Notes under the pieces: generated by a model | What the model saw: the letters and a program-made list of their open reading frames with translations, nothing else | Database searches by the model: none | What the model was told of the DNA's origin: nothing | Virus record (IMG/VR): IMGVR_UViG_3300016722_000014 | Coordinates: 1-24,005 of that record | From: a virus | Taxonomy: Duplodnaviria > Caudoviricetes | DNA: 24,005 nt | Direction: 5' to 3' (one strand) | Made by a program: the position numbers and the translations under genes | In this document: in pieces, positions 7,660 through 15,714 of the stretch | Layout: each line of letters opens with the position of its first letter | Position numbering within the stretch: position 1 is the stretch's first letter

Positions 7660-8069
7660 AACCACGCGAAACGCTTGAACTGTGTCGCTCTATGGCGCAG
7701 GAATGCGCGAAAATCGCGGAACTGATCGAGATAGCCGAGAAACGCATTCCAATGGGGCCTAGCGCGTCCGTGTCGGTCGCCTTGCGCGATACACCGCGCG
7801 GAGGGAATGACGCGACTACGGCGGCAATACAGCGCATTGACGGGCTGGAAGAATGGTATCGTCGCGATCATGCCGAATTGGTCATGCTGGTGGAGCAGGT
7901 GGAGGGTATCATCGCCGTATTGGAAGAATGGGCGCGGAAACTGATACGCTCGTACTACATCGACGGGAAAACGGATGCGGAGGTGGCGGTGCTGATGGGG
8001 TGGAACTTCCGGCAAACCGCGCAGAATAAACGTTCTGACGCGCTCGCTCTGATCGAATCAAACGCTTGA
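7656..8069 (+). CDS. RinA/ArpU-like late transcription regulator (sigma region 4-like HTH)
   Basis: C-terminal RKLIRSYYIDGKTDAEVAVLMGWNFRQTAQNKRSDAL; position at the early/late boundary. Confidence 0.7.
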   Translation: MKPRETLELCRSMAQECAKIAELIEIAEKRIPMGPSASVSVALRDTPRGGNDATTAAIQRIDGLEEWYRRDHAELVMLVEQVEGIIAVLEEWARKLIRSYYIDGKTDAEVAVLMGWNFRQTAQNKRSDALALIESNA

Positions 8070-8094
8070 CATTGCACCCCTTGACAGGTATAAT
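8066..8094 (+). promoter_or_regulatory. Perfect sigma-70/sigma-A consensus promoter, likely the late promoter
   Basis: TTGACA (8066-8071), 17 nt spacer, TATAAT (8089-8094); a second TTGACA lies at 8081-8086. Confidence 0.8.
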
Positions 8095-8122
8095 GGTAGT
8101 GGTTAGAAGTGTACAAAATAAA

Positions 8123-8156
8123 AGGCGCTCTTGCTGTAAACAGCAGGGGCGCTTCT
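8123..8156 (+). terminator. Hairpin downstream of the late promoter (terminator or attenuator)
   Basis: AGGCGCTCTTGCTGT-AA-ACAGCAGGGGCGCTT forms a long stem with G-U pairs; the U-tract is weak. Confidence 0.5.
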
Positions 8157-8184
8157 CAATGCAATCATTTACAGGAGGGCGACC

Positions 8185-8586
8185 ATGAGCGCACGCGATC
8201 AACTGATAGAGCTGCGTAGCCTGCGCATACAGGCCGCCGCACACCATGCAGACGCATCCGAGTACCTTGCACGCGCCACGCATGGCACCAGCTCCAAACG
8301 CGCGACCGCCACGGGAGGCACGGGGCGTTGCCCCCTCACAGATTACGCAGAGCGGCACGCTAAGGCGCTTGGACAGTACCGGGATAGTGCGGCTAAGGCT
8401 AACGCGATATGGACGCGTGTACGGCCTTTGCTGACCGTCTACGATTATGACACGCAATGCGTGATCGAGCTGTATTACAACCAGGCGGCAGATATGCAGG
8501 ACGTGGCAAGGGCGGTCAAACGGTCGCTTGTGGCGTGCGAACGGATGCAGGCGCATGTGTGCTTGACTATAAGGGCAGAAGAATAA
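8185..8586 (+). CDS. Second RinA/ArpU-like HTH protein
   Basis: AGGAGG RBS; MSARDQL..QCVIELYYNQAADMQDVARAVKRSLVACERMQAH shows the same architecture as 7656-8069. Confidence 0.6.
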   Translation: MSARDQLIELRSLRIQAAAHHADASEYLARATHGTSSKRATATGGTGRCPLTDYAERHAKALGQYRDSAAKANAIWTRVRPLLTVYDYDTQCVIELYYNQAADMQDVARAVKRSLVACERMQAHVCLTIRAEE

Positions 8587-8617
8587 AAGCAAGCTATAGC
8601 GGGGGTGGCGGTAGAGT

Positions 8618-9148
8618 GTGGCAGACTGGTTAGCGATTAAGGCGGAGTACATCTCCACCGGCATTAGCCTGCGCGATCTTGCTGAAAAACACGGTGTTTC
8701 ATTTTCGTCTTTGGGGAAAAAGGCGATGCGTGAACGCTGGAAGGACGAACGCACGGAAACAGGCAACAAAGTGGCTACAAAAGTGAAACAAAAAATTGTT
8801 TCCGTTTCTGTTGCCAAGGAAGTAGACCGCCTGACCCGCTTGCTTGGAGTTGGTGACCTTCTGACGGATAAGCTCGAACAGTCGGCGAAGCAACTTGGAG
8901 CGTATACGATTCTCAAGCGCAAATGCGAGCACGTTATCGAGGACGATAACGGCGATCGGCGATTGGTAGAGGACACCGAGGAGATCGCGGTGCCGTGCGA
9001 AGCTGTTGTCAACGCGGCCGATGCAAAGCGCATTGCTTCCGCGCTGAAAGACCTACACGAAATTGCAAAAGGCAACGAACAGGGCGACGGGAAGGACACC
9101 GAGGATTTGACCCCGCTCGCATCTCTATTAGGTGAGCCGCATGAGTAA
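8618..9148 (+). CDS. Putative terminase small subunit
   Basis: N-terminal HTH DWLAIKAEYISTGISLRDLAEKHGVS..RERW; lies immediately before TerL and overlaps it. Confidence 0.7.
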   Translation: MADWLAIKAEYISTGISLRDLAEKHGVSFSSLGKKAMRERWKDERTETGNKVATKVKQKIVSVSVAKEVDRLTRLLGVGDLLTDKLEQSAKQLGAYTILKRKCEHVIEDDNGDRRLVEDTEEIAVPCEAVVNAADAKRIASALKDLHEIAKGNEQGDGKDTEDLTPLASLLGEPHE

Positions 9149-10496
9149 GACCGCTACCATCCGCTGGGGGGCATTTAGCGAGAAGCACCGACGTTACATC
9201 CACAACGCCAAAGATGCGCGAATGGCTGTTGCGGAGGGCGCTATCAGGTCGGGAAAGACTATTGACCACTGTATTCTGGCTGCTATGTACCTTGAACTTA
9301 CGCCCGACAAATATCACCTTGCAACCGGCTCAACTATTGGCAACGCAAAACTCAACATAGGCGTGTGCAACGGCTTCGGGTTGGAGAACCTGTTCCGTGG
9401 GCGCTGTAAGTGGGGCAAGTACCGCGATAACGAGGCGCTTTTTTTATACACGCAAACAGGCGAAAAGGTTGTTGTGTTCGCCGGTGGCGGAAAGGCTGAC
9501 AGTTACAAGCGCATATTGGGCAACTCTTACGGCTTATGGATTGCAACAGAGATCAACGAGCATTATGACAGCAACGACAGCCGTACCAGCTTTATCAAGG
9601 TCGCAATGGGGCGGCAGTTGGCGGCACAGAAGCCCTATACCCTGTGGGACTTGAACCCAAGCCCGCCGCAACACCCGATATACGCCCAGTACATTGACGA
9701 ATACCTGCATAACTTTGTCGGCAAGTACGTTTACGAGCATTTCACGATCTTCGACAACGCCACAGTAAGCGAAGAACAGCGCAACGCTGAAATTGCGAAG
9801 CGCAAGCCCGGCAGCGCGTGGTATCGCCGTGACATATTAGGCGAAAGAGCCGTTGCGGAAGGGCTGATTTACTCACAGTTTGCGGATGAACCGAAAAACT
9901 ATATTGTCACCCGCGACTGGCTGCAATCCCATCCGCTTCAAGCCGTTACAATCGGCGTTGACTTCGGCGGTATGGGTTCAGGCCACGCATTTTCATGCAC
10001 GGGGTTTGAGCGCGGCTACAAGTCTCTTATCACGCTGGCCGAGTGGTACCACAACCCGAAAAAAACAGGCCGGACGCTTGACCCGCACCAGATCGAGGCG
10101 GCTTTCGTGGATTTCGCCCGGATGTGTGTGCAGGAATACGGAGCGCGAATAGCCTACTGCGACAGCGCGGAAACGGCGATGATGCAAGGGCTGCGCAATG
10201 CCGTTGTGCGTGAGCACATTCCCGTTGTTGTTGAGAACGCTCGCAAGGGTGCGATCAACGACCGCATTCGCTTTCTGTGCCGTATGATGGCGGCTGGGAG
10301 GTATCACATCATGGACGGTTGCAAGCACACCATAGAAGCGTTAAGCACCGCTGTATGGGACGCAAAACACACCACCGAGGACGTGCGCCTTGACGATGGT
10401 ACAACCAACATTGACAGCCTGGACGCGACCGAATACAGCTTTGAACCATTCATAGAGGGCATGACCTACGGAGGGCAGGGGAGGGTGAACACTTGA
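9141..10496 (+). CDS. terL: Terminase large subunit (PBSX/SPP1-like)
   Basis: Walker A EGAIRSGKT, WIATEIN, DLNPSPPQH, RRDILGERAVAEGLIY, nuclease motif IGVDFG, DSLDATEY. Confidence 0.92.
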   Translation: MSKTATIRWGAFSEKHRRYIHNAKDARMAVAEGAIRSGKTIDHCILAAMYLELTPDKYHLATGSTIGNAKLNIGVCNGFGLENLFRGRCKWGKYRDNEALFLYTQTGEKVVVFAGGGKADSYKRILGNSYGLWIATEINEHYDSNDSRTSFIKVAMGRQLAAQKPYTLWDLNPSPPQHPIYAQYIDEYLHNFVGKYVYEHFTIFDNATVSEEQRNAEIAKRKPGSAWYRRDILGERAVAEGLIYSQFADEPKNYIVTRDWLQSHPLQAVTIGVDFGGMGSGHAFSCTGFERGYKSLITLAEWYHNPKKTGRTLDPHQIEAAFVDFARMCVQEYGARIAYCDSAETAMMQGLRNAVVREHIPVVVENARKGAINDRIRFLCRMMAAGRYHIMDGCKHTIEALSTAVWDAKHTTEDVRLDDGTTNIDSLDATEYSFEPFIEGMTYGGQGRVNT

Positions 10497-11920
10497 ACGG
10501 TGACAACGGCAACATGATTGAGAAGTGGCTAGAAAAGCAGGGCTATCGGCTGATTGACAAGGATTTTCGGCAGTACATCCAAGCCGCCCGCGAATGGTTT
10601 GAGGGGCATTGTCCCGACTTTCATGATTACAAGGTGCGCGTCCAGAAAGTGCAAAGGCAGCTCAAACGCTATTCGCTGGGCGCGGCAAAGATGGTTTGCG
10701 AGGATTACGCCACGCTGTTGCTTAATGAAAAGGTGCAGATCAACGCGGACGGGTTTACCGCCCTGCCAGATTTGCTGCGCGACAACCGTTTTTTCGAGCG
10801 CGGCAATCGCCTGATTGAATGGGCTTTCGCGCTTGGTACTGGCGCAATGGTGGAGTTCCTGGACGAGGACGGCTCCCCCACCATTGATTACATCCGTGGC
10901 GACCTGATTTATCCTTTGAACTGGGATGGCGATAACATCACCGAGTGCGCCTTTGGTTCCCGGCGCGTACTGGGAGCCAAAAAGGACGCGGGCGAGGGCT
11001 ATTACGTGCAGGTGCATGAGCGGAGGGGCGGCATGTACTACATCCGCAACGTGTGGCTGGACGCGGAGGGCAAGGAAATGGCAACCCCGGAAGGTGTGGA
11101 GCCTGAAAGCGGGCCGTTCCCCGTCCCCCTGTTTCAGATCATCCGGCCTAACACGGTCAACAGCAAAGACCCTGACAGCCCTATGGGCATGAGTATCTAC
11201 GGCGCGGCTATCGACCAGCTCAAGGCGGTTGACTTGGTTTACGACAGCTATGTAAACGAGTTCCAGCTCGGCAAGAAGCGGCTCATGGTACCTATGTCGT
11301 TCACTCAACAGGCGATGCAGGACGATGGCACTTATTCCCCCATCTTCGACCCAAACGACCTGATTTACAACGTGTATCAGGTTGGGGACAACTCTACGGA
11401 TAAGTTGCAGCCGGTCGACATGGAACTGCGCGCCGAAGCGCATGAGCAGGGCTTACAGCGCATGATCGACCTGCTGTCCAAGCGTTGCGGGCTGGGCACT
11501 GGACGCTTCAAGTTCGACCGTGGTGCGGCTCAAACGGCGACGCAGGTCATCAGTGAGGATTCCGACCTGTACCAGAGCGTAAAGCGTCATGAAAAGCCGC
11601 TGGAACGCGCCATTATTGGCATGGTTCGGGCGTTGTCTGCATTGTCAGGTGGAAATCCGAATCTTGACGTGACGGTAGAATTTGACGATTCCATTTTCGA
11701 GGACACGGGAACGACCATTGCGCGGAACATCCAGCTCGTGACTGCCGGGTTGCGATCGAAAAAGGCCGCGATCATGGAAATTGCCGGGTGTGACGAGAAG
11801 GAGGCCGAAAAGCGCTTGCAGGAAATCGCGTCCGAACAGATGATCGAACCGGCAAGCGTGGATGCAATGTTTTCGCAGGGGGAGGCGGGTCAGAATGGCT
11901 TGCAAACCCAAGGGCGGTAA
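10493..11920 (+). CDS. Portal protein (A118/SPP1 gp6-like)
   Basis: Follows TerL; 475 aa; SPMGMSIYGAAIDQLKAVDLVYDSYVNEFQLGKKRLMVP, TATQVISEDSDLYQ, VTVEFDDSIFED. Confidence 0.9.
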   Translation: MNGDNGNMIEKWLEKQGYRLIDKDFRQYIQAAREWFEGHCPDFHDYKVRVQKVQRQLKRYSLGAAKMVCEDYATLLLNEKVQINADGFTALPDLLRDNRFFERGNRLIEWAFALGTGAMVEFLDEDGSPTIDYIRGDLIYPLNWDGDNITECAFGSRRVLGAKKDAGEGYYVQVHERRGGMYYIRNVWLDAEGKEMATPEGVEPESGPFPVPLFQIIRPNTVNSKDPDSPMGMSIYGAAIDQLKAVDLVYDSYVNEFQLGKKRLMVPMSFTQQAMQDDGTYSPIFDPNDLIYNVYQVGDNSTDKLQPVDMELRAEAHEQGLQRMIDLLSKRCGLGTGRFKFDRGAAQTATQVISEDSDLYQSVKRHEKPLERAIIGMVRALSALSGGNPNLDVTVEFDDSIFEDTGTTIARNIQLVTAGLRSKKAAIMEIAGCDEKEAEKRLQEIASEQMIEPASVDAMFSQGEAGQNGLQTQGR

Positions 11921-11942
11921 AAAGGGCGGCGGTAAGAAGTGA
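11895..11942 (+). CDS. 15-aa Lys/Gly-rich micro-ORF
   Basis: GGAGG at 11881-11885, ATG 11895; MACKPKGGKKGGGKK*; its stop overlaps the GTG start of the next gene (GTGA). Confidence 0.55.
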   Translation: MACKPKGGKKGGGKK

Positions 11943-13456
11943 TTAGTGATTATTCCGCGCCTATCCGTGACGTATACAGCCGATGCGTTGACCTGCTGAT
12001 ACAGAACATTGCCCGGCATTTTCCCTTCGAGGCGCTGACCGGCAATTACTCTTTTCAGTGGGAAACCATGAAACTGGCTGAATTAGGCCAACTTCGGCGT
12101 GAAAACCTTGCAATTATCGCCCGGACGATCGGCGACCCGTCCGGCATGACGGAAATCGCGCTTGAAAAGGCCATGACCGACGCGCTGAAACGCGGGAAGC
12201 CGGAACTGCTGGAGGCGGTAAAGGCGGGGATGCTGGAGGCCGGTGCGCCTGCCGAAATGAGCGCATCTATGCAGGGCATCCTGCGCTATTACAGCGGACA
12301 GGCTGCAATTCAGGCCAACCTCGTGAATACGGTCATGCTGTCTGACAGCCTGAACGGCTTTCGGCGCGTGATAGCTCGCACGGCAGCCGCTCAAAGCTTC
12401 CTGCGTGACGTTGCGCAGGGTGCGTTAAACACCGCCACAGGGCAGGTTGTAACGGGCATCAGCAGCTTACAATCCGCTGTCAGGGATTCGTTGCGGCAGA
12501 TGGCACAGGAGGGCATCAGGGGCTTTATCGACAAGGCAGGGCATAACTGGTCGCCGGACGCATACGCCGAAATGGACATCCGCACCACGGCGGGAAATGT
12601 CGCACGTGAGGCAGTATTCCAGCAAAATAAGGAGTTTGGCGTTGATACCGTGATTGTTCCGGTTCACGCGGTCGCCCGCCCTGGATGCGCCCCTTATCAG
12701 GGTTGGGTAATCTCCATGAGCAACCAGAGCGGGATTACCACAGACGCAAACGGCGACCGGGTACAGGTGCATCCTGTGCGGGCAACTACCTACGGGCAAG
12801 CTGATGGATTGTGGGGAATTAACTGCTCGCACCAGCCAGACCCATTTATCCCCGGTTGGAGCGAGAGCAAACGACCGATCGAATCCGTCGAGGTCAGTGA
12901 CCGATATGAAGAAACCCAAAAGCAACGCTACCATGAGCGCGAAGTAAAACGATGGAAACGCGTCGCGCTGGCTGCGGACGCTTCCGGCGACACTGACGCA
13001 TTCCGGGAAGCAGCCGCCAAGGTGAAGCAGAAACAAGCCGCGCTAAAAGCCTACTGCGATAAAACCGGACTTCCATTTTCTAGTGACAGGATACAGGTTT
13101 TCGGGTATAATAAGAGTGCGTCCGGAAAGGCAACGGTGGCAGCCCGGAAACCGGTCATTAAGACTGCAGGCGGTACGCCGGTAACCCTCGTGAAAAAGAC
13201 GGACATACACGGTGTGCCGAACAGCGTGACGCAGGAAACGGTTAAAAAGGGCGGCATCAATCGCAATTTTTATGGCGCGGATGGCAGGCAGGAGCGACAA
13301 GTCAGTAATCACGACCACGGGAATACGGTGGAAAGCAAGCTCGGGAAGCACGGAGAGCATGCGCACGATTATCACTGGGACGGGGGTACCCTGATCAGCA
13401 GGCCGTCTCGTGAACTGACCGAAGCCGAAAGAAAGGAGAACGACGATATTCTATGA
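11939..13456 (+). CDS. Minor capsid protein (MuF-like / phage minor capsid 2) with C-terminal putative toxin domain
   Basis: Follows the portal; FIDKAGHNWS, HAVARPGCAPYQG, GLWGINCSH and QKQRYHEREVKRWKR are family motifs; about 100 extra aa contain RNFYGADG..NHDHGN..HGEHAHDY. Confidence 0.85.
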   Translation: MISDYSAPIRDVYSRCVDLLIQNIARHFPFEALTGNYSFQWETMKLAELGQLRRENLAIIARTIGDPSGMTEIALEKAMTDALKRGKPELLEAVKAGMLEAGAPAEMSASMQGILRYYSGQAAIQANLVNTVMLSDSLNGFRRVIARTAAAQSFLRDVAQGALNTATGQVVTGISSLQSAVRDSLRQMAQEGIRGFIDKAGHNWSPDAYAEMDIRTTAGNVAREAVFQQNKEFGVDTVIVPVHAVARPGCAPYQGWVISMSNQSGITTDANGDRVQVHPVRATTYGQADGLWGINCSHQPDPFIPGWSESKRPIESVEVSDRYEETQKQRYHEREVKRWKRVALAADASGDTDAFREAAAKVKQKQAALKAYCDKTGLPFSSDRIQVFGYNKSASGKATVAARKPVIKTAGGTPVTLVKKTDIHGVPNSVTQETVKKGGINRNFYGADGRQERQVSNHDHGNTVESKLGKHGEHAHDYHWDGGTLISRPSRELTEAERKENDDIL

Positions 13457-13677
13457 ATGCACAGGATTTGCAAGCCTTGATTGATTCCTTAGCGCGAGAT
13501 ATTGAGTTTACGTACGCCGGGAAAGTTGGAGCAATTTGCCCTTATAGCAGACAGGACATCGCCGTTACCTTTGATGGGCAGTCACGTAGGTATCAATCCA
13601 GTGATGCTTTGATGCGCGACCCAATTTATTTGGGGGCAGCCTTGGCAGATATAGCCCCGAAAGTGGAGATCGATTAA
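13453..13677 (+). CDS. Putative immunity protein for the capsid-borne toxin
   Basis: AAAGGAG RBS, ATGA-coupled to the toxin-bearing gene, 74 aa (DIEFTYAGKVGAICP..DPIYLGAALADI), followed by a terminator. Confidence 0.6.
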   Translation: MNAQDLQALIDSLARDIEFTYAGKVGAICPYSRQDIAVTFDGQSRRYQSSDALMRDPIYLGAALADIAPKVEID

Positions 13678-13706
13678 ACCGCCAAGCGTAAGCAAGGCGG
13701 TTTTTC
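13676..13706 (+). terminator. Rho-independent terminator
   Basis: AAACCGCC..GGCGGTTTTT stem followed by a U-tract. Confidence 0.75.
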
Positions 13707-13728
13707 TATTCCCGAAAGGAGCGCGAGC

Positions 13729-13899
13729 ATGAAACTGAAACTAAAAACCCCACAGGGCGAAATGCAACTGACCGTTACGCAGGGCTTTGTCGGCACGGCA
13801 GAAGTCGCGACAGACGGGGGCGTGGTGTTCAGTCTGTTCCCAGCTGATAGCGAACCTATTGAACCAGACGAAAAGCCCGACGGGTTTGTCGGAGATTAA
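13729..13899 (+). CDS. 56-aa hypothetical protein (absent from the ORF track)
   Basis: AAAGGAG RBS; MKLKLKTPQGEMQLTVTQGFVGTAEVATDGGVVFSLFPADSEPIEPDEKPDGFVGD; flanked by two terminators. Confidence 0.65.
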   Translation: MKLKLKTPQGEMQLTVTQGFVGTAEVATDGGVVFSLFPADSEPIEPDEKPDGFVGD

Positions 13900-13908
13900 C
13901 ACAGAATC

Positions 13909-13930
13909 AAGCGCTTTCGGGCGCTTTTTT
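13909..13930 (+). terminator. Rho-independent terminator
   Basis: AAGCGCT-TTCG-GGCGCTT-TTTT with a UUCG tetraloop. Confidence 0.8.
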
Positions 13931-14022
13931 CATGCCCCTACGCGGTATGGCATTAAACTGGCGCGAAATAAGGCATGCCGTGGGCGCAATGCGCATTCGG
14001 TGGGCTGATGGAGGGTAAATTC

Positions 14023-14601
14023 ATGGAAAACAATCATAAAATCCCGCTCAATCTACAGTTTTTTGCGGACGCTGCGGACGCTGCCGATACCGGCGCGGAT
14101 ACTGCGGACACTGAAACCCAATCGACCGAGCAGGATACCGCAACGGCTGATCTTAACCGCATGCTTGCGACAAACGCCGCACTTCAAGCGCAGTTCGACA
14201 AGAAAATCGAAAAGGCGTTGAAAACCGCTAAATCCAAGTGGGATAAAGATCAGGCGCCGAACGCCGAAGCCGCGCAGAAGCTTGAAACGTTTATGGCAAC
14301 TATGAACGCACGCGCCATTGCCGCCGAGGTTAAGTCCACAGGCGCGGACTATGGCCTTGTAAACGTGGATGCCGCGCTCAAACTGATGGACAACAGCAAA
14401 ATCAAGGTTGCCGATGACGGAACGGTAACGGGCGTTAAAGAAGCTCTTGACGCTCTGAAAACAACTATGCCTTTCCTGTTCGGAGCGACGCAAAAGCCCG
14501 GCGCGATGGCGCAAAGGGTGAGCGGCGCGGCTCCGTCTACGCTTACAGGCGTGGAGGCAAGCTTCTACGCCAAGAACCCCGGCTTGAAAAAGCCTGAATA
14601 A
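14023..14601 (+). CDS. Capsid scaffolding protein
   Basis: GGAGG RBS, ATG 14023; N-terminal IPLNLQFFA, acidic linker, GVKEALDALK..PFLF; directly upstream of the major capsid gene. Confidence 0.85.
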   Translation: MENNHKIPLNLQFFADAADAADTGADTADTETQSTEQDTATADLNRMLATNAALQAQFDKKIEKALKTAKSKWDKDQAPNAEAAQKLETFMATMNARAIAAEVKSTGADYGLVNVDAALKLMDNSKIKVADDGTVTGVKEALDALKTTMPFLFGATQKPGAMAQRVSGAAPSTLTGVEASFYAKNPGLKKPE

Positions 14602-14619
14602 ACAAAGGAGGCCACATAG

Positions 14620-15714
14620 ATGGCACATACCGCACAAGAACGATACTCTGATATGGTGCTCGCCAAGGTTCGCGCCGAGCTGGTGCTCAAGGACGGTACC
14701 GTGTTCAATAACGACTACGAGGGCGACCCCAAGGCGGGCGCGGTCAAAATTCCCCAGCGTGATACCGAGGTCGCCGTAAGCGATTACGACAAGGCTAACG
14801 GCATCAGCGCCGCCACCGGCTCCACCGCTTATGTAACCCTGACCATCAACAAGGACAAGGGCGTGAACGAGATTATCGACGGATACGATGCTGACGCTGT
14901 GCCCGATAACCTTGTGGCCGACCGACTGGACAGCGCGGGATATGCGCTTGCCAAAACCATTGACACCGACGGCGCTACCGAGCTTCTGGGCGGCGGCACG
15001 ATGGTCGGTATTACTACCGTAACGAAGGATACCATCTATGCCGACATCGTAGACCAGCGCGTCGCGATGAACAAGGCCAACATTCCCGCCGATGGGCGCT
15101 ACCTGCTCGTTACCCCCGACTACATGGCGTACATCCTCAAATCCCCTGAATTCATTTCTGCGTCCAGCCTGGGCGATGGCGTAAAGCAGACCGGCTCCGT
15201 TGGCCGCATCGCGGGTTTTGATGTGTACGAGTGGAACGACAGCACCGCTAACCTGCTGGGTATTTTCGGGCATCCCCGGTTTGCTACCCGCGTGAACGAA
15301 TGGCAGGTTCCTATAAAGCTGCAGAACCTTGACGCTTCCGGCCAGTACATCGGCGCGAGCGCCGTACAGGGGCGTATGGTGTACGCCCACAAGGTGCTGC
15401 GCTCCGCTGGTGTGCGCTGTGTGTACGCCACATCTTCGCTGGCCCTTGTCGCCGCCGCGCCCACTACGCTGGGCAAAACCAAGCTGACTGTGACTGACGC
15501 TGCGGGCACTGCCACCAGTTATAAGTACGTTGTCAACCCGACCGCCCGACAGGTGTACGGCGCAGTTGCAGCGGGTACTGCGCTGACTTCCGGCACAACC
15601 GAAATCGCTGTTACCGCCGGTGACGTGATTGAAGTTGTCGGCATTGCGTCCACCAAGGTCGTGTCCGTCGGCTATCATACCGTCGTGACCGCCGACATTG
15701 GCACCGGGGCGTAA
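14620..15714 (+). CDS. Major capsid protein with C-terminal beta-rich extension
   Basis: AAGGAGG RBS; NNDYEGDPKAGAVKIP, NIPADGRYLLVTP, GSVGRIAGFDVYE, VQGRMVYAHKVLR (HK97-fold, P22-coat-like family). Confidence 0.9.
   Translation: MAHTAQERYSDMVLAKVRAELVLKDGTVFNNDYEGDPKAGAVKIPQRDTEVAVSDYDKANGISAATGSTAYVTLTINKDKGVNEIIDGYDADAVPDNLVADRLDSAGYALAKTIDTDGATELLGGGTMVGITTVTKDTIYADIVDQRVAMNKANIPADGRYLLVTPDYMAYILKSPEFISASSLGDGVKQTGSVGRIAGFDVYEWNDSTANLLGIFGHPRFATRVNEWQVPIKLQNLDASGQYIGASAVQGRMVYAHKVLRSAGVRCVYATSSLALVAAAPTTLGKTKLTVTDAAGTATSYKYVVNPTARQVYGAVAAGTALTSGTTEIAVTAGDVIEVVGIASTKVVSVGYHTVVTADIGTGA

Noticed and set aside
6966-9099. Long minus-strand ORFs of 349 and 396 aa
   Set aside because: They overlap well-supported + strand genes that have RBSs and family motifs; translations are Arg/Ser/Pro-rich and shadow-like.
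10529-11443. 304-aa minus-strand ORF
   Set aside because: Antisense to the portal gene, with no independent support.
13787-14008. 73-aa + strand ORF from the track
   Set aside because: It crosses a terminator and lacks an RBS; the 13729-13899 frame has a clear RBS and fits between the terminators.
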